From an uncultured Candidatus Binatia bacterium (GTDB lineage Bacteria > Desulfobacterota > Binatia > UBA9968 > JAJDTQ01), in the NCBI GenBank assembly GCA_965215605.1, contig OZ244070.1:2496001-2560000 (forward strand): 64,000 nucleotides of DNA, given 5' to 3'. The notes below the pieces were generated by a model. The model searched no databases. It saw only the letters and a list, made by a program, of their open reading frames with translations, and was not told where the DNA came from. Shown here piece by piece: positions 10,083 to 19,269 of the stretch; within the stretch, counting starts at the first letter, position 1; each line of letters begins with the position of its first letter. A program made the position numbers and the translations under genes.

Positions 10083-12305
10083 ATGAGCACGGTCAAAAAG
10101 GACGAAGAGACGCTCCGGGCCGAGGATCGGACGCGGCGCAGGCGTGAAGGCTGGCTGATACTCATCGCCGCCCTGATGATCCTGCTGTTCGCGTTCTTCG
10201 AGGATCTCCTGCCGGATGTCGCGGCGGACTACGCCTTCACCGGCAACGTCGCGTTCTTCCTGCTGGTCAACATCAACATCATCCTGCTGGTGCTGCTGGT
10301 CTTCCTGGTTTCGCGGAACCTCCTGAAGCTGGTGCTGGACCGGCGCAAGCGCATCCTCGGTTCCCGGCTGCAGGGGAGGCTGGTGTTGGCCTTCGTGGGC
10401 ATCTCCCTGGTGCCCACCGTGATGCTGTTCCTGATCGCCGAGAGCCTGGTGACGCGTTCCGTCGACAAGTGGTTTGACTCGCAGATCGTGAACGCCCTGA
10501 GGGGCTCCCTCGACATCAGCGCCACCTACTATCAGAACTCCGCGGACAACGCGCTTTACTTCGCCCGGCAGCTCAGCCAGCGCGTGGGCGACGGGCGGCT
10601 TCTGGAAGCGAAGAAGATCGACGGGCTGAAGCGTCTCGTGGAGGAAAAGCAGCGCGAGTACAATCTCGGCACGGTGGAGGTCTACAAGCCGGACGGGACC
10701 GCGCTGGTGAAGGCCTTCAACGACCAGGTGCCCACCGGGGTCACGGTGAGTTCGCAGGCGGATTTCCTCAACAGCGCGCTGCGGGGCCTGGAGGCGACCC
10801 GCACCCAATCCCTGGGCGAGGGCGACGTGCTGCGGGGCGCGGTGCCGGTGTACGGGGAGGGGAGGAGGATTATCGGGGCGGTGGTGGTGGACTACTTCGT
10901 GCCCACGAGCGTCAGCAAGAAGGCGCAGCAGATATCGCGCTCGTACGAGGAACACAAGCACTTGGCGGTCCTCAAGGAGCCCGTCAAGAACACCTATATC
11001 CTGACCCTGCTGCTCATCACCCTGGTGATGATCTTCGCGGCCACCTGGTTCGGGCTCGCGCTGGCCAAGGGCATCACCGTGCCGATCCAGCAGTTCGCGG
11101 AAGGGACCCACGAGGTCGCCCACGGCAACCTGGACTATCGCATCGAATCCGGCGGCGACGACGAGATCGGAGCGCTGGTGGCGTCCTTCAATCAAATGAC
11201 CGCGGATCTCAAGCACACCAACTCCGAGCTGGAGCAGCGGCGGCAATACATGGAGACGCTGCTGGCCAACATCACGGCCGGAGTGATTTCGGTGGACTGG
11301 TCGGGCAAGGTCACCATCATCAACAAGGCGGCCGAGCTGATGCTGGGCATCCACGCCGGGGACGTGCTCCGCCGGGACTACGAGGAAGCGCTGCAAGCCC
11401 CCGATCTGGCGCCCTTGCTCGACGTGATCAAGCAGGTCAGGGACAGTTCCGGCGTGGAACGCGACGTACGGATCGTGGGCCGCGACCGGCCCCTGACGCT
11501 CATGACCGTGGCCGCCAGCCTACGGGACGACGACGGCAACACGCTCGGCATCATGGTCTTCATGGAGGACATTACCGAGATCCAGAAGATCCAGCGGGTG
11601 GAGGCTTGGCGCGAGGTGGCGCGCCGCATCGCTCACGAGATCAAGAATCCGCTGACGCCGATCCAGCTTTCGGCGCAACGTCTGCGGAAGCGTTACGAGA
11701 ACGTTCTGGACGGAGACGGGGCCGTGCTCGACAAGTGCACGTCCACCATCATCCGGCAAGTGGACGAGCTCAAGACCCTGGTGAACGAGTTCTCCAACTT
11801 CGCCCGGCTGCCCACCGCCCAACTCGTTGCGGACGATCTCAACGAGGTGGTCCGCGAAGCGCTTTTCCTGTTCAAGGAAGGGCACCGGGACGTCGAGTTC
11901 GACTTCTCGGAGGATGCCTCGGTTCCGCCTGTCGAGCTGGATCGCGAGCAGATCAAGCGCGCCATCTTCAACTTGTTGGACAACGCCGTGGCTTCGCTCG
12001 ACGGCACGGGGCGCGTCGAGATCGCCATCCGGTTCGACGAGGCTTTCGGCATGGTGCGGCTGGAGGTGGCGGACGAAGGGGAAGGCATCGCCCGGGAGGA
12101 CCGGGGCCGGATCTTCGAGCCCTACTACTCCACCAAGAAGGACGGCACGGGGCTGGGTCTGTCCATCGTGGGAACCATCGTCGCCGACCACCGGGGATAC
12201 ATCCGCGTGCGCCAGAACCAGCCCCACGGAACACGCTTCATCGTCGAGCTCCCCTCGGCCTTGCAGGCGGACGCCCAGGATTTCCGTGCCAGCGAGGCAT
12301 CCTGA
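10083..12305 (+). CDS. NtrY-like membrane sensor histidine kinase (TM-periplasmic-HAMP-PAS-HisKA-HATPase)
   Basis: Three N-terminal TMs plus one after the periplasmic domain; HAMP (DEIGALVASFNQMT); H-box WREVARRIAHEIKNPLTPIQLSAQRL; NLLDNA, DEGEG, GTGLGL. Alternative GTG start at 10053. Confidence 0.93.
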   Translation: MSTVKKDEETLRAEDRTRRRREGWLILIAALMILLFAFFEDLLPDVAADYAFTGNVAFFLLVNINIILLVLLVFLVSRNLLKLVLDRRKRILGSRLQGRLVLAFVGISLVPTVMLFLIAESLVTRSVDKWFDSQIVNALRGSLDISATYYQNSADNALYFARQLSQRVGDGRLLEAKKIDGLKRLVEEKQREYNLGTVEVYKPDGTALVKAFNDQVPTGVTVSSQADFLNSALRGLEATRTQSLGEGDVLRGAVPVYGEGRRIIGAVVVDYFVPTSVSKKAQQISRSYEEHKHLAVLKEPVKNTYILTLLLITLVMIFAATWFGLALAKGITVPIQQFAEGTHEVAHGNLDYRIESGGDDEIGALVASFNQMTADLKHTNSELEQRRQYMETLLANITAGVISVDWSGKVTIINKAAELMLGIHAGDVLRRDYEEALQAPDLAPLLDVIKQVRDSSGVERDVRIVGRDRPLTLMTVAASLRDDDGNTLGIMVFMEDITEIQKIQRVEAWREVARRIAHEIKNPLTPIQLSAQRLRKRYENVLDGDGAVLDKCTSTIIRQVDELKTLVNEFSNFARLPTAQLVADDLNEVVREALFLFKEGHRDVEFDFSEDASVPPVELDREQIKRAIFNLLDNAVASLDGTGRVEIAIRFDEAFGMVRLEVADEGEGIAREDRGRIFEPYYSTKKDGTGLGLSIVGTIVADHRGYIRVRQNQPHGTRFIVELPSALQADAQDFRASEAS

Positions 12306-12349
12306 GCCGGAGCGGGCCGAACCGAGACGTCATGGAGGATCCAGAAAAC

Positions 12350-13696
12350 ATGGAGTCAGCCCAAAGAACCGTGCTGGTGGTGGACGACGAGGACGTCATC
12401 CGCGAAACCGTACGCGAGATTCTCACCGACGAGGGCTACCGCGTGGTGGCCGCCGCCAACGGTTCGGAGGTCCTGGGCCTGGTGGAGAATGAGAGGCCCG
12501 ACGTCATCCTCCTGGACATCTGGATGCCCGAGATGGACGGGATCGTCCTCCTCAAGCAGATCAAGCGGGAGCATCCGGACGCCCGGATCGTCATGATCTC
12601 CGGCCACGGGAGCATTCACACGGCGGTAACGGCCACGCAGTTGGGGGCGTTCGATTTCATCGAGAAGCCGCTTTCCCTGGACGGGTTGCTGGCCACCGTC
12701 GAGCGGGCCTGCGGTGACGCGGGGCGCGAGGGTCCCGCCGCCGACGAGGGGCCGCGGGCGCTCCGAACCGGCCTCCCGGGGCTGTCGGCCCAAGGAGGTT
12801 TCCAAGGCAACGGCGGCGTGCCCCAGAAGACCCTCAGGAAAAGCGTGGTGGCGTGCGGTCTGGGCCTGCATTCAGGCGTCAGCACGGGCGTCATCCTGCA
12901 TCCCTTGCCGGAGGACAGCGGCATCCACTTCGGCGGAATCTCCGCCGACGCCACCGTGCCGGCGCATCTGGACTACGTGCGATCCACGGACTTCGCCACC
13001 TCGCTCCAGCGCGGCGGCGTGGTGGTGGGCACGGTGGAGCACCTGCTGGCGACGCTCCACTCGTACGGCATCACCAACCTGCTGATCAAGATGTACGGCG
13101 AGATTCCCATCATGGACGGCTCCGCCATGGAGTTCTGCCGGTTGATCGAGGAAGCTGGGGTGGTGGAGCAGCCGGGGCGATGCCCCGAGATCGTCATCGA
13201 CCGGACCCTTCGCGTAACCGGGGACGGGCAGGAAGAGATTTTCATCGAGCCGGCCGACCGGTTCATCGTCCACTACCGGCTTCAATATCCGCGTCCGGTG
13301 GGGATGCAGGAGTACACCTACGTGCACGAGGGCGCGGATTCGTTCCGCGACCAGGTCGCCCCTGCCCGGACTTTCGGTTTCCTGCGCGACTTCGAGAAAC
13401 TCGAGCGGATGGGCCTGATCAAGGGCGGCCGGCTCGGCAACTGCATCCTCTTCGACGAAGAGAAGGTCATCAACACGGAGTTGCGGTTCGACGACGAGCT
13501 CGCTCGCCACAAGATCCTGGATATCGTGGGAGACTTCTCGCTCATCGGCGGTTCCGTGCGCGGCCGGGTGACCGCGAACATGACGGGTCATGCCGACAAC
13601 ATCGCGTTGTTGCGGCAGGTCGCGGAAATCTATTGCCCCTCGGATGACCGGACCGCCGGCGGGGCCCGCCCCCATCCGGATCCGCTGTCCCCTTGA
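12350..13696 (+). CDS. lpxC: Receiver domain fused to UDP-3-O-acyl-N-acetylglucosamine deacetylase LpxC
   Basis: REC: VLVVDDE, LLDIWMP, ISGHG, FIEKP. LpxC: QKTL..GLGLHSG, TVEHLL, EIPIMDGSA, ARTFGF, RHKILD..GD, TGHADN. One continuous frame; alternative ATG at 12332. Confidence 0.93.
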   Translation: MESAQRTVLVVDDEDVIRETVREILTDEGYRVVAAANGSEVLGLVENERPDVILLDIWMPEMDGIVLLKQIKREHPDARIVMISGHGSIHTAVTATQLGAFDFIEKPLSLDGLLATVERACGDAGREGPAADEGPRALRTGLPGLSAQGGFQGNGGVPQKTLRKSVVACGLGLHSGVSTGVILHPLPEDSGIHFGGISADATVPAHLDYVRSTDFATSLQRGGVVVGTVEHLLATLHSYGITNLLIKMYGEIPIMDGSAMEFCRLIEEAGVVEQPGRCPEIVIDRTLRVTGDGQEEIFIEPADRFIVHYRLQYPRPVGMQEYTYVHEGADSFRDQVAPARTFGFLRDFEKLERMGLIKGGRLGNCILFDEEKVINTELRFDDELARHKILDIVGDFSLIGGSVRGRVTANMTGHADNIALLRQVAEIYCPSDDRTAGGARPHPDPLSP

Positions 13697-13711
13697 TGCC
13701 GGCCGTGATCG

Positions 13712-14128
13712 TCAGTTCCCGTCGAGTCCCAGCCGCCCGGCGAAGGGCTCGGGGAGCCGGAGGAGCTTGCGGTCGCGGCCGAGGCAGGCGTGCTTGGTCC
13801 AGCCCGAAGCCAGGGCGGCGCGTTCCCCCTCCAGACAGATCCGATAGTTGAATCGCAGGGCCACCCGGCTGAGGGACTCCACGGTGGTCTCGATCCGCAG
13901 CAGATTGTCGTAGACGGCCGGCCTGCGGTAACGGCACTGGACCTCGGTGACCGGGAAGAAGACGCCGTCCCGTTCCGCCTGGTCATAGGGGAAGCCGGCC
14001 TCCCGCATGAGCTCGGTCCTGCCGATCTCGAACCAGCGGAGGTAGTTCGCGTAGTAGGCGACGCCCATCTGGTCGGTATCGCCGTATATGACACGATAGG
14101 TGGTGATGTTCTTCACGGTCGGCGCCAA
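13712..14128 (-). CDS. Acyl-CoA thioesterase (YbgC/4HBT hot-dog family)
   Basis: RVIYGDTDQMGVAYYANYLRWFEIGRTE. Confidence 0.9.
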   Translation of the reverse strand: MAPTVKNITTYRVIYGDTDQMGVAYYANYLRWFEIGRTELMREAGFPYDQAERDGVFFPVTEVQCRYRRPAVYDNLLRIETTVESLSRVALRFNYRICLEGERAALASGWTKHACLGRDRKLLRLPEPFAGRLGLDGN

Positions 14129-14176
14129 CTCAAGGCCCGTAGGACGAACGCGCCGCGAGCACCCGGGGAACCCCGG

Positions 14177-15100
14177 TCAGTCGTCGGCTTTATCGCTCGG
14201 CGGGGCGGGTTGATTGAAGTCCCAGCGGTCACGGCTGGCCACCCGGATGTCCAGGGAACCGTCCCCGCGGATCACGTGGAAGGTGATGAGATCCCCCGCC
14301 CGCTTCTTCCAGACTTCCCGGTAGAGCTGGGGCCGCGTCTGCACTTCCTGTTCCTCCACGGAAAGGATGATGTCGCCCTGCTTGAGGCCCGCCGCTTCCG
14401 CGGGCCCCGACGGGGTGACCCCGGTGACCACCACGTGGCCGCCGAGACCCTGCGGGTACAGGCCGAGCCAGGGGCGGGGCGGGCGGCTCTGGACACGCCC
14501 GAAACGCCTGAGCTCGTCGGCGTCCCGAAGGTAGCACTCCACCGGGATGGCGAGCGTGAACTTGCCGACGTCGTTCAGGTTCAGGGACACGACCCCGAGG
14601 AGGCGGCCGCGGGAGTCCGCCAGCGTGCCCCCGCCGAACCCGGGATTGAACGTGCTCACCCGGATGGATCGTTCGAGCAGGTATTCCCACTGTCCGTCGT
14701 AGCCTTCGAGAGAGGTCACGTTGCCGTCGCTGACCCGCCGGTTGTTCTGTCCGCTGCTGGCGATCATGAACGCGGGTTGACCCACGGCGACGGACTCCGC
14801 CGGGCGAAGGAACGGGAGGTCGGCGGCGTCGATGTCGACCAGCGCGAGTCCGGTGTCGAAGTCCTGCGCGGTCAGGCGGCCCGGGTATTGCTTCCCGTCC
14901 GACAAGGTAACGGTAATCGCTTCGGCGCCGTTGACGACGTAGTTGACGGTCAGGATGGTGCCCGCGGGATCGACGATGGTGCCGGAGCCCATGCGCTCGG
15001 TGCCCAGGTTCCGGGCGGACGGGTGGTGTGACGGCACCCTCGTGTTGAGGTCCACCGTGGCCAGCAGCACAGCATGCACCAGACCCAGCCGCGCGTTCAC
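14177..15100 (-). CDS. S1C/HtrA-like trypsin-fold plus PDZ protein with degenerate catalytic triad
   Basis: GSGTIVD, LTVNYVV, TGLALV, NPGFGGG; PDZ WLGL...GPAEAAGLKQGDIIL. Confidence 0.85.
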   Translation of the reverse strand: MNARLGLVHAVLLATVDLNTRVPSHHPSARNLGTERMGSGTIVDPAGTILTVNYVVNGAEAITVTLSDGKQYPGRLTAQDFDTGLALVDIDAADLPFLRPAESVAVGQPAFMIASSGQNNRRVSDGNVTSLEGYDGQWEYLLERSIRVSTFNPGFGGGTLADSRGRLLGVVSLNLNDVGKFTLAIPVECYLRDADELRRFGRVQSRPPRPWLGLYPQGLGGHVVVTGVTPSGPAEAAGLKQGDIILSVEEQEVQTRPQLYREVWKKRAGDLITFHVIRGDGSLDIRVASRDRWDFNQPAPPSDKADD

Positions 15101-15203
15101 GCCCCACCTCCCAAAGGTTCCCAAGCTCGGGGAACCGGAATCGAGGCTCTTTGCGTTAGCAGAAACGTTCTGAGTTCACAAGGTATCGGGGGCGCGCGCC
15201 ACG

Positions 15204-15233
15204 TTGACAACGGCGTCTCGGGCCGGGTATCAA
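15204..15233 (+). promoter_or_regulatory. Putative sigma70 promoter of the yceD-rpmF-plsX-fab operon
   Basis: Perfect TTGACA, 18 nt spacer, TATCAA, about 20 nt before the GTG start. Confidence 0.4.
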
Positions 15234-15253
15234 GTCTGGACTGGAGTGGCCTT

Positions 15254-15772
15254 GTGAAAATCCCCATCAACCGGATCGAGACCGTTCCCAAGGAAAGCCG
15301 TTTCTCCGAGGTCCCCGACATGGGCCACGAGGAACGCCCGGCGGCGGTGCGCTTTCCCTCGCCGATCCAGGTGAACGTCACCTACTACCGGTCGGGTCGG
15401 GAGCTGTTCTTTCACGGCGGACTCAAGGGTCAGGTGGAGGCGGACTGCAGCCGTTGTCTGGAAGGCGTCGCCTTCGTCATCGAAAAAAACTTCGACTTCG
15501 TGTTGACCCCGGACCCCCTTCCGACTAATAAAAACAGGGAGCTCACGGACGACGAGATGGGCCTGAGTTTCTACTCCGGGGACGATGTCGAGTTGTCGCC
15601 CTACGTCCGTGAGCAGATGTTGCTCGCCCTGCCTCTCCGGCCGCTTTGCAGCGAAAGCTGTCGTGGCCTGTGTCCCGGTTGCGGTGCCGAGTTGAACCGG
15701 ACTGGTTGTGAGTGCACGTCGCCGGGTGATCCCCGCATGGCGGTATTTCGTAATCTCCGGCTGGACCGTTAG
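15254..15772 (+). CDS. yceD: DUF177/YceD family protein
   Basis: CSRCLE, REQMLLALP, LCSESCRGLCPGCG, DPRM; lies upstream of rpmF. Confidence 0.9.
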   Translation: MKIPINRIETVPKESRFSEVPDMGHEERPAAVRFPSPIQVNVTYYRSGRELFFHGGLKGQVEADCSRCLEGVAFVIEKNFDFVLTPDPLPTNKNRELTDDEMGLSFYSGDDVELSPYVREQMLLALPLRPLCSESCRGLCPGCGAELNRTGCECTSPGDPRMAVFRNLRLDR

Positions 15773-15883
15773 CGCCGGCAAAGAAACTACAAAAGTGTCC
15801 TGGAAACGCGGCCGATGGGACGACCGGACCAGCAGATCGGCACACGCATCTCATGAGGCAGGACACTAGGACGGAAGACAAAC

Positions 15884-16066
15884 ATGCCCGTACCCAAGAG
15901 ACGAACCTCCAACAGCAAGAGAAACAAGCGCCGATCCCATGACGCCATTGCCGCTCCACAGTGGACGACGTGCTCTCGCTGTGGGGAAGCGACCCTGAGG
16001 CACAGAGCCTGCGCCGGTTGCGGCTACTACAAGACCCGGTCCGTGCTCCCCGGCGAAGAGACCTAG
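15884..16066 (+). CDS. rpmF: 50S ribosomal protein L32
   Basis: MPVPKRRTS...RRSH, CSRCG..HRACAGCGYY. Confidence 0.96.
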   Translation: MPVPKRRTSNSKRNKRRSHDAIAAPQWTTCSRCGEATLRHRACAGCGYYKTRSVLPGEET

Positions 16067-16136
16067 TGCCCCGCAGCGTCCAAATGGAGCCCAAGATGCG
16101 CAGGACAGGCCGCTAGGACCTGCCCGTAGCCTATCC

Positions 16137-17132
16137 GTGATGCGGCGGATTATCGTTGATGCGATGGGCGGTGACCACGGCCCTGGCGTTGTCGTCACGG
16201 GCGCCCTTCAGGCCGCGGACGAGTACGGAGTGGAGATCGTCCTGGTCAGCGAGTCCGGCGCCGTGGAGTCCGAGTTGTCGCGCCGCAAGCTCAACCCGTC
16301 CGCGGTGCACGTCCTGCCCGCCGCGACCTCCATCGACATGCACGAATCTCCCACCCGTGCGTTGAAGCAGAAGGATTCTTCCATGAGGGTCGCCTTCGAC
16401 CGGTTGAAGGCGGGCGAGGGAGACGCGGTGGTGAGCGCGGGAAATTCGGGCGCCATGATGGCCATCGGGATGTTCGTGCTGGGCCGGCTTCCCGGTGTCG
16501 ACCGGCCGGCGATCCTGACCGTCGCCCCGTCGGTGTCCGGCGGAACGGTGCTGCTTGACGGAGGCGCCAACACGGACTGCAAGCCTCGGCAATTGGAGCA
16601 GTTCGCGCACATGGGCGCCATTTACGCGGAGAAGATCCTGGGCATCACCGGACCGCGGGTGGGCGTCCTGAGCAACGGGGAAGAGGACGAGAAGGGAAAC
16701 GAGCTCACGCGCGAAGCGGTCCGCGAGCTGCGTTCCGCCGGCCTCGACTTTGTGGGCCACGTGGAAGGCCGCGACATCACCAACGGCCGGGTGAACGTGG
16801 TGGTCTGCGACGGTTTTACCGGCAACGTGGCGTTGAAGACCATGGAGGGGCTCGGACAGTTCGTATCCACGGTCCTGAAGGGGGCGTTCCGGAGCAGCCT
16901 GCTCAGCCGCGTCGGCTACCTGCTGAGCCGCCGGGCCATTGCACGGGCGTATGACCGCCTGGACTACGCTCACTACGGCGGCGCCCCTCTGGTGGGGTTG
17001 AACGGCGTGGCCATCGTGGCCCACGGGGGCTCGTCGGCCAGGGCTATCAAGAACGCCGTGCGGGTGGCGGCGGAAGCCGTGTCGCAGGACATCAACGGCT
17101 ATATCGTGAACGTGTTGAATCGGGAGTCCTGA
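16137..17132 (+). CDS. plsX: Phosphate acyltransferase PlsX
   Basis: VDAMGGDHGP, SAGNSGA, DRPA, NGEEDEKG, VCDGFTGNVALK, HGGSS. Confidence 0.96.
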   Translation: MMRRIIVDAMGGDHGPGVVVTGALQAADEYGVEIVLVSESGAVESELSRRKLNPSAVHVLPAATSIDMHESPTRALKQKDSSMRVAFDRLKAGEGDAVVSAGNSGAMMAIGMFVLGRLPGVDRPAILTVAPSVSGGTVLLDGGANTDCKPRQLEQFAHMGAIYAEKILGITGPRVGVLSNGEEDEKGNELTREAVRELRSAGLDFVGHVEGRDITNGRVNVVVCDGFTGNVALKTMEGLGQFVSTVLKGAFRSSLLSRVGYLLSRRAIARAYDRLDYAHYGGAPLVGLNGVAIVAHGGSSARAIKNAVRVAAEAVSQDINGYIVNVLNRES

Positions 17133-18079
17133 TGCCGGACGGAAACGACATCGCCTTCGTCTTCCCGGGGCAGGGCTCGCAGGCCGTAGGCATGGGCAAG
17201 GCCCTGTGCGACCAGTTCGCCGAGGCGAGGGCCGCTTTCGAGGAAGCCGAGGATGCTCTGGGGCTGGATATGCGGGAGTTGTGCTTCCGCGGCCCGGAAG
17301 CCGATCTCAACCGCACGGAATACACCCAGCCCGCGATCCTGACGGCGTCCGTGGCCGCGTTGCGGGTGCTCGAACGGCAAGGCGGGGTGCGGCCCTCGTG
17401 GGTGGCCGGACACAGCCTCGGCGAGTACAGCGCGCTCGTTTGCGCGGGCGCGTTTCGGCTCGCGGACGCGGCGGTCGTGGTCCGCGAGCGGGGCCGCCTG
17501 ATGCAGGAAGCCGTGCCCCAGGGCGAGGGGGGCATGGCCGCGATTCTCGGGCTGGACACGGCCGCGGTGCGCAAGCTCTGCGCGGAGGCGGCGGACGGCG
17601 AGGTGGTGGCGCCGGCCAATCTGAACGGCGGCGGACAGGTGGTGGTCTCGGGAGCCCGCGGAGCCGTGGAGCGGGCTTCGCAACTGGCGCGGGACCGGGG
17701 CGCGAGGAGGGTGGTGGAGCTGGCGGTGAGCGCTCCCTTCCACTGCGCGCTGATGCGGCCGGCCGCGGAAGGGCTGCGCGAGGTGCTGGAGGGCGTGGCG
17801 GTAGCACCGCTTGCGGCAGGGGTCGTCACCAACGTGGAGGCGTCGCTGAACTCCGACCCCGAGCGCGTCAAGCCGCTTCTGGTGGAACAGGTGGTGGCGC
17901 CGGTCCGATGGGAAGAGTCGGTGCACGCCCTCCGGGCGCTCGGCTGCCGGCGCGCCGTCGAGTTGGGGCCGGGGAAGATCCTGTCCGGACTCGTCCGGCG
18001 CATCGATCGGGACATCAAGACCCTGAACCTGGACCAGCCCGGGGACCTGGACAAGGTGCTGGAGGAACTGGGAAGCTGA
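17132..18079 (+). CDS. fabD: Malonyl-CoA:ACP transacylase
   Basis: FPGQGSQ, TQPAI, GHSLGEY, VSAPFHC. Confidence 0.96.
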   Translation: MPDGNDIAFVFPGQGSQAVGMGKALCDQFAEARAAFEEAEDALGLDMRELCFRGPEADLNRTEYTQPAILTASVAALRVLERQGGVRPSWVAGHSLGEYSALVCAGAFRLADAAVVVRERGRLMQEAVPQGEGGMAAILGLDTAAVRKLCAEAADGEVVAPANLNGGGQVVVSGARGAVERASQLARDRGARRVVELAVSAPFHCALMRPAAEGLREVLEGVAVAPLAAGVVTNVEASLNSDPERVKPLLVEQVVAPVRWEESVHALRALGCRRAVELGPGKILSGLVRRIDRDIKTLNLDQPGDLDKVLEELGS

Positions 18080-18081
18080 CC

Positions 18082-18834
18082 ATGGCCGCGGGACCGCTGA
18101 CGGACAAGGTCGCCCTCGTGACGGGCGGCAGCAGGGGCATCGGGCGGGAGATCGTCCTGTGTCTGGCCCGGCAGGGCGCGCGGGTGGTCATCAACTACCG
18201 GGAGAATCGCAAAGCGGCCGAGGGGGTGCTGGAGAAGGTCCTGGGCGAGGATGGCCTCGCCGAGCTGGCGCCCTTCGACGTCGCCCGGCAGGACGAGGTC
18301 GACGAGGCCGTCAAGGAGGTCATTGACCGGCATGAAAAAGTTGATATTTTAGTCAACAATGCGGGGCTGACCGTCGACGGTCTGTTGGTGCGCCAGTCGG
18401 CTCCCGACTGGGACCGGATCATCGACGTCAATCTCAGGGGCGTCTTCCATTGCACCAGGGCCGCCAGCAGGAGGATGATCCGGCAGCGGTACGGCCGTAT
18501 CGTCAATATCACCTCGGTGGCGGGTCAAATGGGGAATGTTGGCCAGTCCGTATACGCCGCCTCCAAGGCGGGTATCGAGGGATTTACCAAATCCATGGCC
18601 AGAGAGTTGGCGCCGCGAGGAATCACCGTCAATGCCGTGGCTCCGGGATTCATCGAAACGGAAATGACGGCGAGCCTGGGCGAGGAAATCCGGGGCAGGT
18701 ACCTTGGCGCGATTCCCTTGGCCCGGTTCGGCGGCGGGGACGACGTAGCCCTGACGGTGGCGTTTCTAGCGGGCCCCGGCGGGGGATACATTACCGGGCA
18801 AACCATCGCGGTCAACGGCGGGCTGTACATGTGA
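18082..18834 (+). CDS. fabG: 3-oxoacyl-ACP reductase
   Basis: [27 protein letters not shown]; lies between fabD and acpP. Confidence 0.95.
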   Translation: MAAGPLTDKVALVTGGSRGIGREIVLCLARQGARVVINYRENRKAAEGVLEKVLGEDGLAELAPFDVARQDEVDEAVKEVIDRHEKVDILVNNAGLTVDGLLVRQSAPDWDRIIDVNLRGVFHCTRAASRRMIRQRYGRIVNITSVAGQMGNVGQSVYAASKAGIEGFTKSMARELAPRGITVNAVAPGFIETEMTASLGEEIRGRYLGAIPLARFGGGDDVALTVAFLAGPGGGYITGQTIAVNGGLYM

Positions 18835-18899
18835 CTCCGCCAGGTGGATCGGCAACGAAGAGCATTTCGCGCGGCGCGATACGAACAGGAGGTAACGAG

Positions 18900-19136
18900 A
18901 TGGCGACAGACGTCGAGGCGAGGGTCAAGGAGATCATTTGCGAACAACTGGGAGTGAGCGACGGAGAGGTCAGCCCGGAAGCCTCGTTCATCGAGGATCT
19001 GGGAGCCGATTCCCTGGACATCGTCGAGCTGGTCATGGCGTTGGAGGAAGAGTACGAGATGGAGATCTCCGACGAGGACGCCGAGAAGATCAAGACGGTC
19101 CAGGACGTCATCGAATACATCGTAAGTCACCGTTAG
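18900..19136 (+). CDS. acpP: Acyl carrier protein
   Basis: [19 protein letters not shown]; AGGAGG Shine-Dalgarno site. Confidence 0.97.
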   Translation: MATDVEARVKEIICEQLGVSDGEVSPEASFIEDLGADSLDIVELVMALEEEYEMEISDEDAEKIKTVQDVIEYIVSHR

Positions 19137-19269
19137 CGCCGGGCATCGGCAGGGTCACGGGCGCCGTCCGTGGTTCACGAAGGGCCAACGGCCTTCCGGG
19201 CACGTCGCCGGACGCGCGTGTCCGCGGACTCGCTGCGGCCCGAACAAGCTTTGAGACGAGGGTACGAGA

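Noticed and set aside
11606-12349. N-terminal extension of the 696-aa ORF suggesting a kinase-REC-LpxC triple fusion
   Set aside because: The extension is an off-frame overlap with the kinase gene, which ends at its own TGA (12305); REC-LpxC has its own start with a GGAGG SD.
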